This document shows, piece by piece, positions 42,145 to 56,024 of a stretch of 64,000 nucleotides of DNA (the stretch's first letter is position 1; every line of letters starts with the position of its first letter). Both the position numbers and the translations under genes were made by a program. Below the pieces are notes generated by a model. It was not told the origin of the DNA, ran no database searches, and saw only the letters and a list, made by a program, of their open reading frames with translations. The stretch comes from Pseudomonas sp. (GTDB lineage Bacteria; Pseudomonadota; Gammaproteobacteria; Xanthomonadales; Xanthomonadaceae): assembly GCA_047607345.1 (NCBI GenBank), contig JASGDF010000139.1, positions 2,313 through 66,312 of the forward strand, in the 5' to 3' direction.

Positions 42145-42549
42145 TCAACTAGCCTTGGCGGCCTGGCGGGCGGCCTTGGCCTGCGCTGCGGCGGCCAGGT
42201 CTTCCTTGATGCGGGCGGCCTTGCCTTCCAGGCCACGCAGGTAGTACAGCTTGCCGGCGCGCACCTTGCCGCGGCGCTTGACTTCCACCGAGTCGATGGT
42301 CGCGCTGTGGGTCTGGAACACGCGCTCCACGCCGTAGCCGTGCGAGATCTTACGTACGGTGAACGACGAGTTCAGGCCGGCGTTCTTGGTGCCGATCACG
42401 ACGCCTTCGTAGGCCTGCACGCGCTCGCGGTTGCCCTCCTTGACCTTGACGTTGACCACGACGGTGTCGCCCTGGCTGAACTGCGGCAGTTCGCGGGCGA
42501 TCTGGGCGGACTCGAATTCCGCGATGATGGACTTATTCAGCTTGCTCAT
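42145..42549 (-). CDS. rplS: 50S ribosomal protein L19
   Basis: [38 protein letters not shown]. Confidence 0.98.
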   Translation of the reverse strand: MSKLNKSIIAEFESAQIARELPQFSQGDTVVVNVKVKEGNRERVQAYEGVVIGTKNAGLNSSFTVRKISHGYGVERVFQTHSATIDSVEVKRRGKVRAGKLYYLRGLEGKAARIKEDLAAAAQAKAARQAAKAS

Positions 42550-42704
42550 GGGTTACACCGATTTGTTCGGGGTGGGCGTGTCGTTTCGACAGCTTGGGCC
42601 AATGCAGTCGCCGGATTGCGCCGCACGTTTGTTGTTGTGGGATCCGCCGGACCCGTCCAGGTCGCAGGGAGCCGCGCATTCTAGCCGATTTCCCAGGTCC
42701 AGCG

Positions 42705-43466
42705 CTAGGGGTACGAGACCCCGCCCTGCTCGGCCAGGCGGACCTCGTCCAGCAGCTTGCGGTCAGCCTTGGACAAGGCGCCCTCGTCGAGCAGATCCGG
42801 ACGCCGCTGCCAGGTCCGCAGCAACGACTGCTGCCGGCGCCAGCGTGCGATCGCGGCATGGTTGCCCGAGCGCAGGATCTCCGGCACCTCGCCCAGTGCA
42901 TGCGTGGCCGGGTGACTGTAGTGCGGGCAGTCCAGCAGGCCGCCAGGCCCCTCGAAACTGTCCTGGGCCGCGGACTCGACATCGTTGAGCGCCCCCTCCT
43001 GCAGCCGGGTGACCGCATCGACGATCACCGCCGCGCCCAGTTCGCCACCGGACAGCACGTAGTCGCCGATCGAAATCTCCTCGTCCACCTCGGCGGCGAG
43101 AAAACGCTCGTCCACGCCCTCGTAGCGGCCGCACAGCAACACCAGTCGCGGCAACGCCGCCAGCTCACGGACCCTGGACTGGGTCAGCGGCCGGCCCTGC
43201 GGGCTGAGATAGATCACCGGCGCCGGCTGCGGATCGGCGGCCCGCACCGCGCCCAGGCAGGCCCGCAACGGCTCGATCAACATCACCATGCCGGGACCGC
43301 CACCGAATGGACGGTCATCCACCCGCCGGTAGTTGCCCTCGGCGTGGTCGCGCGGGTTCCAGCCGTGCAGATCCAGCAATCCCCGTTCGCGCGCCCGCCC
43401 GACCACGCCGAACGCGGCGGACTGGTCGATGAACTCCGGGAACAGACTGACTACGTCGATACGCAT
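42705..43466 (-). CDS. trmD: tRNA (guanine-N1)-methyltransferase
   Basis: [39 protein letters not shown]. Confidence 0.97.
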   Translation of the reverse strand: MRIDVVSLFPEFIDQSAAFGVVGRARERGLLDLHGWNPRDHAEGNYRRVDDRPFGGGPGMVMLIEPLRACLGAVRAADPQPAPVIYLSPQGRPLTQSRVRELAALPRLVLLCGRYEGVDERFLAAEVDEEISIGDYVLSGGELGAAVIVDAVTRLQEGALNDVESAAQDSFEGPGGLLDCPHYSHPATHALGEVPEILRSGNHAAIARWRRQQSLLRTWQRRPDLLDEGALSKADRKLLDEVRLAEQGGVSYP

Positions 43467-43558
43467 GGGACGGGGATTCGAGATTCGAGATTCGGATTAT
43501 GGACGTCAGGCGCTGACCGGAGGCCAGGGAAGCCTGTCAGGGCCGAAACCCCGGCCTT

Positions 43559-44071
43559 TCAGAATTCCGGATCCCAGTCGACCACGATCCGATTGGCCTC
43601 GAAATCCACGGACTTCACGTAATCCGGCTGCACGAACGGGATCAGGCGCTCGCGCTCGCCGCGCACGGCCAGCACATCGTTGGCGCCCGTGGAGAACAGG
43701 TGCGAGACCCGACCAAGCTCGACACCCTCGACAGTCTGCACGTCCAGCCCCTCCAGGTCGACCCAGTAGTATTCGTCGGGCCTGGGTGGCGGCAGCGCGC
43801 TGCGCGGCACGTAGATCTCGGTGCCTCGCATCGCCTCGACCACACCGCGGTCATCGATGCCAGGGAACGTCGCCACCAGGTGCTTGCCGCTGTCGCGCCC
43901 GCGCGCACCTGCCAGCGAGGACTCCTCGCCATTCGGGGCACGCAGGATCCACGGCTGGTACTTGAAAATGGCCAGCCGCGGTTCGGTCCAGGACTCGAGC
44001 TTCAGTTCGCCGCGCACACCAAAAGCGCCGGCGACCCTGCCCAACAGGATGCGGCGCTCTGTATCTTTCAT
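43559..44071 (-). CDS. rimM: Ribosome maturation factor RimM
   Basis: [34 protein letters not shown]. Confidence 0.96.
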   Translation of the reverse strand: MKDTERRILLGRVAGAFGVRGELKLESWTEPRLAIFKYQPWILRAPNGEESSLAGARGRDSGKHLVATFPGIDDRGVVEAMRGTEIYVPRSALPPPRPDEYYWVDLEGLDVQTVEGVELGRVSHLFSTGANDVLAVRGERERLIPFVQPDYVKSVDFEANRIVVDWDPEF

Positions 44072-44117
44072 ATGATTCAGCCCGGCGGGGCCGCGCTTGT
44101 GGCGCGACCCTTCAGCT

Positions 44118-44378
44118 TCAGGCCGCGACGGCCTGGGCCTTGGTCGCTTCCTTCAGCAGGTTGCGGACCTTGTCGGTCAGCTGGGCACCGTTCTTGACCC
44201 AATGGTCGACACGGTCCAGATCCAGCACCACGCGCTGCTCGGCGCCCTGGGCGACCGGGTTGTAGTAGCCGACGCGCTCGATGTTGCGGCCGTCGCGCGC
44301 GCTGCGCACGTCGGTGACGATGATGTGGTAGAACGGACGCTTCTTGGCGCCGCCACGGGTCAGGCGAATCTTGACCAT
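44118..44378 (-). CDS. rpsP: 30S ribosomal protein S16
   Basis: [31 protein letters not shown]. Confidence 0.98.
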   Translation of the reverse strand: MVKIRLTRGGAKKRPFYHIIVTDVRSARDGRNIERVGYYNPVAQGAEQRVVLDLDRVDHWVKNGAQLTDKVRNLLKEATKAQAVAA

Positions 44379-44428
44379 TGCTTTATTCCTGTAGTGCCCA
44401 GTCGCCAGGATGGCGAGGTAAGCCGCTG

Positions 44429-44457
44429 ATTATAGCGACCCATCGCCCCGATTCCAA
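44429..44457 (-). promoter_or_regulatory. sigma70 promoter of the rpsP operon
   Basis: TTGGAA (44457-44452)-N17-TATAAT (44434-44429). Confidence 0.65.
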
Positions 44458-44458
44458 G

Positions 44459-45262
44459 CTACCCCTCCCGAATCGGTTGCCAGGGCTGGGTCTGCAGGGC
44501 CTGTTCGAGCACCGGAGGCAAGGTCGACTCGGGCAATTCCCACGCCCCGACCGACTGGATCGGCTGCAGCCCACGCGAGTTGCAAGCAAATGCGCTGGCG
44601 AATGCCCCCAGTTCGTCCAGGTGGACTGGCCGCGCCAGTTGCGGCACGCCAAGCCGGTCGAGCCCGGCCCGCAGCAGCCGCTCCTGCGTCCCGCGCAACG
44701 CCGGCCCCTCCGGCCAGGTGACGCCCCGCCCGTCCCACAGCCCCAGGTTCCAGACCGAGCCCTCGACCAGATCGCCCTGCGGGGTGACGAACAGCGCATC
44801 GTCGAACCCGGCCGCCATCGCTTCGCGGCGCGACTGAAACAACCCGAAGGTGCCGACGTGCTTGACATGCGGCAGTTCGCGCACGAACGCGACTGGACGC
44901 ACACGCAGCGCAGTGGACGGCAGTCGCGAGGCGGGTGACACCGAGACCAGCACATCCGGCGCCACCTCACGCAGCGGGTCGCGGAAGTCGAATTCGCGCG
45001 AGAACACGGTCACGCGCAGCGAAGCATCGATCTCGCCGAAGGCATCGAGTGCACCAGCCAGTTCGGCGCGCAGCCGGGCTTCGTCCAGCCGGCGGCCAAA
45101 CAGCGTGACCGTGCCGTACTGCAGGCGCTCGATATGCAGATCCAGGCCACGCACCGCGCCGCCGCGCACCTGCAGCGAGGTGAAGTGTCCGTAGTTGACC
45201 AACGCGGCGGCGGCCAGCGTGTCCGCGCCGGCCGGCCTGCCCTGGTGGAAGACCAGGCTCAC
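44459..45262 (-). CDS. Class IV PLP-dependent aminotransferase family protein (PabC/IlvE-like)
   Basis: [17 protein letters not shown] (PLP Lys), EGSVWN, LRGT; GTG start overlaps the upstream stop. Confidence 0.8.
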   Translation of the reverse strand: MSLVFHQGRPAGADTLAAAALVNYGHFTSLQVRGGAVRGLDLHIERLQYGTVTLFGRRLDEARLRAELAGALDAFGEIDASLRVTVFSREFDFRDPLREVAPDVLVSVSPASRLPSTALRVRPVAFVRELPHVKHVGTFGLFQSRREAMAAGFDDALFVTPQGDLVEGSVWNLGLWDGRGVTWPEGPALRGTQERLLRAGLDRLGVPQLARPVHLDELGAFASAFACNSRGLQPIQSVGAWELPESTLPPVLEQALQTQPWQPIREG

Positions 45263-46329
45263 AGCAGCGAGTCCGCCTGCGCCCACCAGGCCTGCACCAG
45301 CTCCGCCGCGGGCCGGGCCTGCGCCAGCGCGGCCGACTGGCCGGCCCAGGCCTGCATCGCGGCAAGCCGGTTCTCGCGCACGGCCTGGTTGCGCATCGGC
45401 GCGGTAAGGCTGCGCTGTACCGGGTAGCGTTGAGGGGGCGGCGCCTTAGGATCGGCCGCGGCCCGCACGTAGCCGGTGGCAAGCGCGCGGCCGAGACGGC
45501 CGGAAAACGCGCGGGTGGTCCAGGTCGCCTCCGGCTCGGCGACGGCGAGCGCGTCGGCCCAGGCCGAAGGCAGCGCGGCCTCGGGCGTGCGCAGCAACGC
45601 GGTGCCGACCTGCACCGCGCTGGCGCCGAGCAGCAGCGCGGCAGCGACGCCGCGGCCGTCGCCGATACCACCGGCCGCGATCACCGGCACCCGCAGGCGA
45701 TCGGCCAGCCGCGGCAGCAGCGCGAACAGGCCGACCAGCTGGCGCTCGGCCGCGTCCGGATCGAATGCGCCACGATGACCGCCAGCTTCGAAACCTTGCG
45801 CCACCACCGCATCGGCGCCGGCGCGTTCGGCCGCCAACGCCTCGGCCAGCGTGGTGGCACAGGCGAACCAGGCGATACCCGCGTCCTTCAGGCGCCGCAC
45901 CTGCTCCGGGCGGAACACACCCATGATCGAGGAGGCCACCGCCGGGCGGGCCGCCAGCAGCGCGTCGAACTGGGTGTCGAAATCGGCCGGGCCGGCATCG
46001 CCGGCCTCGGCCGGGACCTGCGGCCCCCACTGCGCGAGGAAGGCGCGGGTGGCCGCTTCGGCCGCGGCATCGCGTGCCGGCGCCGGATCGGGAATCCACA
46101 GGTTGACCTGCACTGGGCCGACGCTGCCGGCGCGGAACTGCGCCATCCAGCGGCCGATGTCCTCCGGCGCCGAGAGCACCGCGCCCATCGCCCCCATGCC
46201 ACCGGCGTTGGCAACGGCGATCGACAGCGGCACCGGACAAGCCCCGGCCATCGGCGCGAGCAGGAGCGGCAGACGCAGGCCGAAGCGGTTGCAGAAGGCG
46301 GCTGTGCGCTGACGGATGGCTTCATTCAT
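45259..46329 (-). CDS. Nitronate monooxygenase family protein
   Basis: [43 protein letters not shown]. Confidence 0.9.
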   Translation of the reverse strand: MNEAIRQRTAAFCNRFGLRLPLLLAPMAGACPVPLSIAVANAGGMGAMGAVLSAPEDIGRWMAQFRAGSVGPVQVNLWIPDPAPARDAAAEAATRAFLAQWGPQVPAEAGDAGPADFDTQFDALLAARPAVASSIMGVFRPEQVRRLKDAGIAWFACATTLAEALAAERAGADAVVAQGFEAGGHRGAFDPDAAERQLVGLFALLPRLADRLRVPVIAAGGIGDGRGVAAALLLGASAVQVGTALLRTPEAALPSAWADALAVAEPEATWTTRAFSGRLGRALATGYVRAAADPKAPPPQRYPVQRSLTAPMRNQAVRENRLAAMQAWAGQSAALAQARPAAELVQAWWAQADSLL

Positions 46330-46360
46330 CGAGATTCATCCTTGCCTGCCGGCGCTTGTT

Positions 46361-46427
46361 GTAGGAGCGACTTCAGTCGCGAGAGGCTTTGCCGGGAAAG
46401 CTTCATCGCGACTGAAGTCGCTCCTAC
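46361..46427. repeat. REP doublet (REPIN-like)
   Basis: GTAGGAGCGACTTCAGTCGCGA ... TCGCGACTGAAGTCGCTCCTAC, same arms as 1975-2041. Confidence 0.9.
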
Positions 46428-46444
46428 AAGAGCGAGCGCGGCGC

Positions 46445-47824
46445 TCAGCGGAACGGCAGGCCGCCGCGACCGCCCATCGCGCCCATCATGCCCTTCATGC
46501 CGCGCATCAGGCCCTTCATGCCGCCACCGGAGAGCTTGGACATCATCTTCTCCATCTGCTGGTACTGCTTCATCAGCTTGTTGACGTCCGAGGGCTGCAG
46601 GCCGGCGCCCTTTGCGATGCGCGCGCGGCGCGAGCCGTTGAGCACGGCCGGGTTGCGGCGCTCCTTCCTGGTCATCGAATTGATGATCGCGATCATCCGC
46701 GGCACTTCCTTGCCCTGGCTGACCTGCTGCTTGAGATGCTCGGGGATCTGGCCCAGGCCCGGCAGCTTGTCCATCAGCCCGCCGATGCCGCCCATGTTCT
46801 GCATCTGCTCGAGCTGTTCCTTCATGTCGTTCAGGTCGAACTTCTTGCCCTTGGCGACCTTGGCGGCGAGCTTGGCGGCCTTTTCCTGGTCCACGCCCTG
46901 CTGCACCTGCTCGACCAGCGACAGCACGTCGCCCATGTCGAGGATGCGGCTGGCGACGCGGTCGGGATGGAACACGTCCAGGCCGTCGACCTTCTCGCCG
47001 GTGCCGACGAACTTGATCGGCTTGCCGGTGACGTAGCGCACCGACAGTGCGGCACCGCCGCGCGCGTCGCCATCGGTCTTGGTCAGCACCACGCCGGTCA
47101 GCGGCAGCGCCTCGCCGAACGCCTTGGCGGTGTTGGCCGCGTCCTGGCCGGTCATCGAGTCGACCACGAACAGGGTCTCGGCCGGGTTGACCGCGGCGTG
47201 CAGCGCCTTGATCTCCTCCATCATCGCCTGGTCGATGGCGAGGCGGCCGGCGGTGTCGACCAGCAGCACGTCGACGAACGACTTGCGCGCGTCGGCGATC
47301 GCGGCGCGGACGATGTCCACCGGCTGCTGCGAGGCCTCCGACGGGAAGAACAGCACACCGACCTGCTCGGCCAACGTCTTCAGCTGCTCGATCGCGGCCG
47401 GGCGGTAGACGTCGGCCGAGACCACCATCACCTTCTTCTTGCGCTTCTCCTTCAGGTGCTTGGCCAGCTTGCCGACCGTGGTGGTCTTGCCCGCGCCCTG
47501 CAGGCCGGCCATCAGCACGATCGCCGGGGCCGGCACATTGAGATTCAGCTCGCTGGCGGTCGCGCCCATCACCGCGGTCAGCTCGTCACGCACGACCTTG
47601 ATCAGGGCTTGCCCCGGGGTCAGCGACTTGAGCACCTCCTGGCCGACCGCGCGTACCTTGATCCGCTCGATCAGCGCCTGCACCACCGGCAGGGCGACGT
47701 CGGCCTCGAGCAGGGCGATGCGGACCTCGCGGGTGGCCTCGCGGATGTTTTCCTCGGTCAGGCGGCCACGACCGCGCAGGCGCTCGATGGTGCCGGAGAG
47801 ACGCTGGGTGAGGGATTCGAACAT
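46445..47824 (-). CDS. ffh: Signal recognition particle protein
   Basis: GLQGAGKTT, DTAGR, TKTDGDARGG, Met-rich M domain. Confidence 0.98.
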   Translation of the reverse strand: MFESLTQRLSGTIERLRGRGRLTEENIREATREVRIALLEADVALPVVQALIERIKVRAVGQEVLKSLTPGQALIKVVRDELTAVMGATASELNLNVPAPAIVLMAGLQGAGKTTTVGKLAKHLKEKRKKKVMVVSADVYRPAAIEQLKTLAEQVGVLFFPSEASQQPVDIVRAAIADARKSFVDVLLVDTAGRLAIDQAMMEEIKALHAAVNPAETLFVVDSMTGQDAANTAKAFGEALPLTGVVLTKTDGDARGGAALSVRYVTGKPIKFVGTGEKVDGLDVFHPDRVASRILDMGDVLSLVEQVQQGVDQEKAAKLAAKVAKGKKFDLNDMKEQLEQMQNMGGIGGLMDKLPGLGQIPEHLKQQVSQGKEVPRMIAIINSMTRKERRNPAVLNGSRRARIAKGAGLQPSDVNKLMKQYQQMEKMMSKLSGGGMKGLMRGMKGMMGAMGGRGGLPFR

Positions 47825-47940
47825 GCGCAGGCGACCGCGTAGGGGAAACGGACCGCGATTATAGCGGCAGGCCGCGATCCGCCCCGCGACATGCCGCCAC
47901 GGCGCTACGAGACGGGCGCGCGGTATGCGAAACTTCCGCG

Positions 47941-48738
47941 ATGACCATCGTTCTCATTGCCATCGCCCTTTATCTGCTGGCGGCCGGCCTGCTGGTCGGC
48001 AACGTCGCACGGGACGACGGCACGCCCCATCACGGCTGGCAGGTCCCGGCGCTGGGCGCCATCGTCCTGCACGGCGCTTACCATGTGATCGTGGCGACGC
48101 GCATTGCCGGCGGGCCGGACATGCACTTCTTCGCCGCGCTGTCGCTGGTGGCGCTGGGCATGGCGGCGCTGACCTCGTTGGTCGGCGTACGCGGCAGGAT
48201 GGCCGCGCTCGGCGTGGTGGTGTTCCCGCTGGCCGCGCTGCTGCTGGGCTGCTATCACGGCTACGGGCACGAGCCGAGCGCCACGCTCGGCTGGCGGCTG
48301 GAGGTGCACGCCTGGCTGGCGCTGCTGGCCTACGCCACGCTCGGCATCTCGGCGCTGCTGGCGATGATGCTGTGGCTGCAGGAACGCGCGCTGCGCCGGC
48401 GCGACTTCCACGCCTGGCTGCGCGCGCTGCCGCCGCTGACCGAACTGGAGACGCTGCTGTTCCGCACCATCAGCGTCGGCTTCGCGCTGCTGACGCTGAC
48501 GCTGCTGACCGGACTGCTGTTCGTCGAGGATTTCCTGGCACAGCAACTGCTGCACAAGACCGTGCTGAGCGTCCTGTCGTGGCTGGTATTCGGCGGGCTG
48601 CTGATTGGCCGCTGGCGCTACGGCTGGCGCGGCACCAAGGCCGTGCACTGGACCCTGGCGGCGGTGCTGCTGCTGGCGCTGGCGTTCTTCGGCAGCAAGT
48701 TCATGATCGAACTGGTGCTGGGCTACCGCGGCGCCTGA
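47941..48738 (+). CDS. ypjD: Inner membrane protein YpjD (cytochrome c assembly CcsA family)
   Basis: Polytopic; LPPL..LE, HKTVLS, GWRG, FFGSKF; divergent from ffh. Confidence 0.85.
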   Translation: MTIVLIAIALYLLAAGLLVGNVARDDGTPHHGWQVPALGAIVLHGAYHVIVATRIAGGPDMHFFAALSLVALGMAALTSLVGVRGRMAALGVVVFPLAALLLGCYHGYGHEPSATLGWRLEVHAWLALLAYATLGISALLAMMLWLQERALRRRDFHAWLRALPPLTELETLLFRTISVGFALLTLTLLTGLLFVEDFLAQQLLHKTVLSVLSWLVFGGLLIGRWRYGWRGTKAVHWTLAAVLLLALAFFGSKFMIELVLGYRGA

Positions 48739-48875
48739 GCCGGCCGGCGGCACGCCGCCCGGAGGCATTCCATCCGCGCCGGCCGCCATGCGGAATCGCA
48801 ATGGCGATCGCATGCCACGCGCGCCCTGGCTCGGGCATCATCACGGGGCCTCAATCCGGCGCAGGGGACTTCCTC

Positions 48876-50444
48876 GTGAAACAGCGCAGCATCCGTCGTG
48901 TCCATCGCATCGCCGCCGCCCTGCTCGCCCTGTGCCTGGCGGGTGCGGCATCGGCTGCGCCGACCCTCGTCACCGGCACCTTGCATGCCGGCCAGCCGGG
49001 GCCGCAGGTCTCGCGCAACCTGTTCGGCCAGTTCGCCGAGCACCTCGGCACCGGCATCTATGGCGGCGTCTGGGTCGGTCCGGACTCCAAGATCCCCAAT
49101 ACCCGCGGCTACCGCAACGACGTGCTGGCCGCGCTGAAGGCGATCGCGGTGCCCAACGTGCGCTGGCCCGGCGGCTGCTTCGCCGACGAGTACCACTGGC
49201 GCGACGGCATCGGTCCGCGCGCGCGGCGGCCGGTCAGCGTCAACACGCACTGGGGTGGCGTGGAGGAGCCCAACGGCTTCGGCACGCACGAGTTCATGGA
49301 CTTCGCCGAGCTGCTCGGCACGCAGGCCTACGTGGCCGGCAACGTGGGCGACGCCTCGCCGGACGAGATGGCGCAGTGGGTCGAGTACATGACCGCCCCG
49401 ACCCGCTCGACCCTGGCCGAGCAGCGTCGCGGCAACGGCCGCGAGCAGCCATGGCAGCTGCCCTACTTCGGCATCGGCAACGAGCTGTGGGGCTGCGGAG
49501 GCAACATGCGCCCGGAGTACGCCGCCGACCTGTACCGCCGCTACCAGACCTTCGTGAAGGCGCCGGCCGGCCAGAAGATCCTCAAGATCGCGCCGGGCGC
49601 CAACCGCGACGACTACGCCTGGACCGAAGTGATGATGCGCGAGGCCGGCACGTTCATGGACGGCCTCAGCCTGCACTACTACACCATGCCAGGCGGCTGG
49701 CCACCGAAGGCGTCCTCGACCGAGTTCGACGAGACCGCATGGATCCAGACCCTGGCCGGCGCGCTGTACATGGAAGAACTGGTCAGCAAGCACAGCGCGA
49801 TCATGGACAAGTACGACCCGGACAGGAAGGTCGCGCTGGTGGTCGACGAGTGGGGCACCTGGTACCGCGGCCTGCCCGGCACGAACCCGGGCTTCCTGCA
49901 GCAGCAGAACACGCTGCGCGACGCGCTGGTGGCTTCGCTGACGCTGGACGTGTTCGTCCGGCACGCCGAGCGCGTGCGCATGGCCAACATCGCGCAGATG
50001 GTCAACGTGCTGCAGGCGATGATCCTGACCGACGGATCGAGGATGCTGCTGACGCCGACCTATCACGTCTTCGCGATGTACAAGCCGTTCCAGGACGCGA
50101 CCTTGCTGCCACTGCAGATCCAGGCGCCCGAGTACCGGCACGGCGGGCTGGCGGTGCCCGCGGTGCACGGCTCCGCGGTCAAGGCCGGGGACGGGCACGT
50201 CTACGTCGCACTGACCAACCTCGACCCGAACCGCGAAGCCCGGGTGAGGATCGGGGTGGATGGCGACGGTGAAGCGCACGGCGTCAGCGGCCAGATCCTG
50301 ACCGCGCCGGCGATCACCTCGCTCAACAGCTACGACAAACCCGACGCCGTGAAGCCGCAGCCGTTCGACGGCGCTACGTTCGACCACGGCATGCTGCAGG
50401 TCGCGCTGCCGGCCAAGGCGATCGTGGTGCTGCGGCTGCAATGA
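48876..50444 (+). CDS. Exported alpha-L-arabinofuranosidase (GH51)
   Basis: Signal peptide; [40 protein letters not shown]; GTG start at 48876. Confidence 0.93.
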   Translation: MKQRSIRRVHRIAAALLALCLAGAASAAPTLVTGTLHAGQPGPQVSRNLFGQFAEHLGTGIYGGVWVGPDSKIPNTRGYRNDVLAALKAIAVPNVRWPGGCFADEYHWRDGIGPRARRPVSVNTHWGGVEEPNGFGTHEFMDFAELLGTQAYVAGNVGDASPDEMAQWVEYMTAPTRSTLAEQRRGNGREQPWQLPYFGIGNELWGCGGNMRPEYAADLYRRYQTFVKAPAGQKILKIAPGANRDDYAWTEVMMREAGTFMDGLSLHYYTMPGGWPPKASSTEFDETAWIQTLAGALYMEELVSKHSAIMDKYDPDRKVALVVDEWGTWYRGLPGTNPGFLQQQNTLRDALVASLTLDVFVRHAERVRMANIAQMVNVLQAMILTDGSRMLLTPTYHVFAMYKPFQDATLLPLQIQAPEYRHGGLAVPAVHGSAVKAGDGHVYVALTNLDPNREARVRIGVDGDGEAHGVSGQILTAPAITSLNSYDKPDAVKPQPFDGATFDHGMLQVALPAKAIVVLRLQ

Positions 50445-50499
50445 GGAGGTGACCGGCCACCTTTCCCGCAAGGGAGAGCGGCGCGGGCTGGCCCCATTC

Positions 50500-50960
50500 T
50501 CAAGGCGTGCCGGTCGCCTTGCGGCGCGTCTCGCCGAAGCCGGCGGCGCGATGCGTCGAGACGCCCATAGCCGGGACGCCCTCGGCCAGCTCGTCGAGGA
50601 TCGGGCAATCCGGCCCCGTGTCGTGGTGGCAGTCGTCCGCCAGCCGCTGCAGCACCGCGATCATCCGCTCGATCTCGGCCGCCTTGTCGCGCAGCCGCGC
50701 GATGTGCAACAGGGTCAGCGCATGCACGTCAGCGCTGGCACGGCGGCGATCGCTCCACAACGACAACAGTTCGCCGATCTGCCCGGCGTCGAAGCCCAGG
50801 TCGCGCGCATGCCGCACGAAGCGCAGGCGATGTACGTCGTTGTCGGCGTAGTCGCGATACCCGGACGCGAGCCGCGCCGGTGGCGGCACCAGCCCGGACT
50901 GCTCGTAGTAGCGGATCATCTTCGTCGACACGCCGGAGCGCCGCGCGGCCTCGCCGATGT

Positions 50961-50964
<4 letters not shown>
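50500..50964 (-). CDS. cueR: Cu(I)-responsive MerR-family regulator
   Basis: MNIGEAA..SGVS.KMIRYYE, ARDLGF, C-X7-C loop [11 protein letters not shown]. Confidence 0.92.
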
Positions 50965-53477
<2,513 letters not shown>

Positions 53478-53500
53478 GGGGCCTCGTGCATGATGTGCGC

Positions 53501-53579
53501 ATCATGAACCTTCCCGCGATGGCAAGGTCAACCCTGCGACGGGCGGCCTTGACCTTGCCATGCCGGCAAGGTCCACGCT
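53501..53579. promoter_or_regulatory. Back-to-back MerR-type promoters, each with a CueR box
   Basis: Minus: TTGACC-N19-CATGAT over ACCTTCCC..GGCAAGGT (53508-53528); plus: TTGACC (53549-53554)-N19-CACGCT over ACCTTGCC..GGCAAGGT. Confidence 0.85.
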
Positions 53580-53608
53580 GTCGCGATCCAACCCGAGGAA
53601 TCCTTCCG

Positions 53609-53806
53609 ATGATCACCTACACGATCGAGAACATGACCTGCGGCAACTGCGTCCGCCACATCACCCGCGCCGTTCAGTCCGTCGCCCCGGACGCCAGGGT
53701 CGAGGCCGACCTGCCCGCCCATAGCGTGCGGATCGAGACGGACGCCGACGAAGCGGCGATCCGCCACGCGGTCAGCGAGGCCGGATACACGCCACGTCCG
53801 GCCTGA
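53609..53806 (+). CDS. copZ: Copper chaperone (HMA domain)
   Basis: 65-aa protein with MTCGNC and EAGY; GAGG RBS. Confidence 0.9.
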   Translation: MITYTIENMTCGNCVRHITRAVQSVAPDARVEADLPAHSVRIETDADEAAIRHAVSEAGYTPRPA

Positions 53807-53854
53807 GTCGGGCGCCCCTCCGGCGCCGAGACGCCCCGGCGGGGACGATCAACG

Positions 53855-55249
53855 TCATGCCGCCTCGATCGCCTGCGCCAGCCGCTCCACCGCGATGATC
53901 TCCATGCCCCTCACCGAACCGGCCTTGGGCGCGTTCGCGCGCGGCACGATCGCGCGCTTGAAGCCGTGCGTGGCGGCCTCGCGCAGGCGCTCCTCGCCGT
54001 TCGGCACCGGCCGGATCTCGCCGGACAGGCCGATCTCGCCGAACGCGATGGTCTTCTCCGGCAGCGGCCGGTCGCGCAGCGAGGACAGGATCGCCAGCAG
54101 CGCCGGCAGGTCGGCCGCGGTCTCCTGCACGCGGATGCCGCCGACCACGTTGATGAACACGTCCTGGTCGCCAACCATCACCCCGCCGTGGCGGTGCAGC
54201 ACCGCCAGCAGCATCGCCAGCCGGTTCTGCTCCAGGCCGACCGCGACCCGGCGCGGATTGGACAGCGGCGAGGCATCCACCAGCGCCTGCACCTCGACCA
54301 GCAGCGGCCGGGTGCCCTCGCGGGTGACCATCACGCAGCTGCCCGGCTGGTGGGTGCTGCCGCCGGACAGGAAGATCGCCGATGGATTGGCGACCTCCTT
54401 CAATCCCTTCTCGCCCATCGCGAACACGCCCAGCTCGTTGACCGCGCCGAAGCGGTTCTTGAACGCGCGCAGCACCCGGAACCGGCTGCCGCTGTCGCCC
54501 TCGAAGTACAGCACCGCATCGACCATGTGCTCGAGCACGCGCGGGCCGGCGATGCCGCCCTCCTTGGTGACGTGGCCGACCAGGAACACCGCGGTGCCGG
54601 TCTCCTTGGCATAGCGCACCAGCCGTGCCGCGCTCTCGCGCACCTGGCTGACCGAGCCGGGCGCGGCGGTCAGCGACTCGCTCCACAGCGTCTGTACCGA
54701 GTCGGCGACGATCAGGCGCGGCCGCGCCACGCTGGCGTGCTGCAGGATCGCCTCGATCCCGGTCTCCGACAGCGCGTTGATGCCGTCCAGCGGCAGCTCC
54801 AGCCGTACCGCGCGCCCGGCGACCTGGCCGAGCGATTCCTCGCCGGTCACGTACAGCACCGGCAACTGCGCGGCCATCTTCGCCAGCGCCTGCAGCAGCA
54901 GCGTGGACTTGCCGATGCCTGGATCGCCTCCGACCAGCACCACCGCGCCCTCGACCAGCCCGCCGCCGAGTACCCGGTCCAGCTCGCCGATCCCGGTGGA
55001 CACGCGCGCATGCTCGGCATGCTGCACGTCCTTGAGCGGAGTGATCTTCGGCGCCTCGACCGCGCCGGCCCAGCCGCTGCGGCGGTTCGTCGCCGGCGCC
55101 TTGCCCGCGGCGGCGGCACTCTCCAGCACGATCTGGCTCAGCGTGTTCCAGACCCCGCACTCGCCGCACTGGCCCTGCCACTTGCTGTATTCGGCGCCGC
55201 AGTCGGTACAGACGTAGGCGGTACGGGCCTTTCCGGGAGCTTTTGCCAT
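53855..55249 (-). CDS. radA: DNA repair protein RadA/Sms
   Basis: C4 zinc finger, GDPGIGKST, KNRFG, Lon-like C-terminus. Confidence 0.97.
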   Translation of the reverse strand: MAKAPGKARTAYVCTDCGAEYSKWQGQCGECGVWNTLSQIVLESAAAAGKAPATNRRSGWAGAVEAPKITPLKDVQHAEHARVSTGIGELDRVLGGGLVEGAVVLVGGDPGIGKSTLLLQALAKMAAQLPVLYVTGEESLGQVAGRAVRLELPLDGINALSETGIEAILQHASVARPRLIVADSVQTLWSESLTAAPGSVSQVRESAARLVRYAKETGTAVFLVGHVTKEGGIAGPRVLEHMVDAVLYFEGDSGSRFRVLRAFKNRFGAVNELGVFAMGEKGLKEVANPSAIFLSGGSTHQPGSCVMVTREGTRPLLVEVQALVDASPLSNPRRVAVGLEQNRLAMLLAVLHRHGGVMVGDQDVFINVVGGIRVQETAADLPALLAILSSLRDRPLPEKTIAFGEIGLSGEIRPVPNGEERLREAATHGFKRAIVPRANAPKAGSVRGMEIIAVERLAQAIEAA

Positions 55250-55363
55250 GACGATCGCAGAGGGAAACCGGCGGCTACTTTAGCCGGCGCCGGTCTCGCG
55301 CGCCGAGACACCGCGGCCGTGCCCGAAGGCCCGGCCGTCCGGCCCGCGCAACGGCTTCACGAA

Positions 55364-55393
55364 TTGCCGGATGTGTAGACATTTGACTACACT
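55364..55393 (+). promoter_or_regulatory. Putative TA promoter with overlapping palindromic operator
   Basis: TTGCCG-N18-TACACT overlapped by GTGTAG-N8-CTACAC (55373-55392). Confidence 0.55.
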
Positions 55394-55440
55394 TCCAACG
55401 CGCCTGGATGTGCGCCGCTCTCTCGTGAAGGACTCACAGA

Positions 55441-55755
55441 ATGTTGATCGCAGGATTCGACTGGGATGGCGGCAACTGGCCGAAGTGCGGGAAGCACGGC
55501 GTGTCCCGCGAGGAAATCGAACAGGTATTGATGGCCGCGGAGGTTACTCCGGACTTGCGACATTCACAGCAGGAAGCGCGCTACATCGCGGTTGGCCGCA
55601 ACCATGCCGGTCGCCCCCTGTTCGTCGCTTTCGCCATCCGACAACACCAGGACGGCCAGCATGTCATCCATCCGGTCAGTGCGCGCTACATGCACGCCAA
55701 AGAGGTGAAGCGCTATGAAGAAAGTTCCCATGCTCAAGACCGATCAGGAAGCTGA
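55441..55755 (+). CDS. BrnT-family ribonuclease toxin
   Basis: FDWD.GN..K..KHGVS, HS..E.RYIAVG, SARYMH.KE..RYE. Confidence 0.85.
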   Translation: MLIAGFDWDGGNWPKCGKHGVSREEIEQVLMAAEVTPDLRHSQQEARYIAVGRNHAGRPLFVAFAIRQHQDGQHVIHPVSARYMHAKEVKRYEESSHAQDRSGS

Positions 55756-55963
55756 AGCCTTCCTCGAACAGGATCTTTCGAGCCTCGATTTCTCGCAGTT
55801 CAAGCCAATGCGCTTCGAGATCGCAAGGAAGGAAGCCGCCCTGAACATGCGTCTGCCCGCCGCGCTGCTGGAAGCGGTCAAGGCCAAGGCGGCGGCCAGG
55901 GGGATTCCCTACGCGCGCTACGTACGCATGCTGCTGGAGGCGGACGTCAACCGGTCCCAGTGA
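55715..55963 (+). CDS. BrnA/CopG-like RHH antitoxin
   Basis: Acidic N-terminus, C-terminal NMRLP..LL..VK.KA..GIPY.RYVR RHH; overlaps the toxin 3' end. Confidence 0.82.
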   Translation: MKKVPMLKTDQEAEAFLEQDLSSLDFSQFKPMRFEIARKEAALNMRLPAALLEAVKAKAAARGIPYARYVRMLLEADVNRSQ

Positions 55964-56024
55964 TCCGGACGGCCCGGCGGAAGCATCCACCGGGCCCGTG
56001 TACCGCATCGAAAAGCCGACGGGA

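Noticed and set aside
44459-46329. Two metabolic genes interrupting ffh-rpsP
   Set aside because: As far as I recall this arrangement is common in xanthomonads; composition is host-like and rpsP has its own promoter.
47925-48875. Apparent N-terminal extension of GH51 (839-aa ORF)
   Set aside because: Overlaps ypjD in another frame; a signal peptide begins at GTG 48876.
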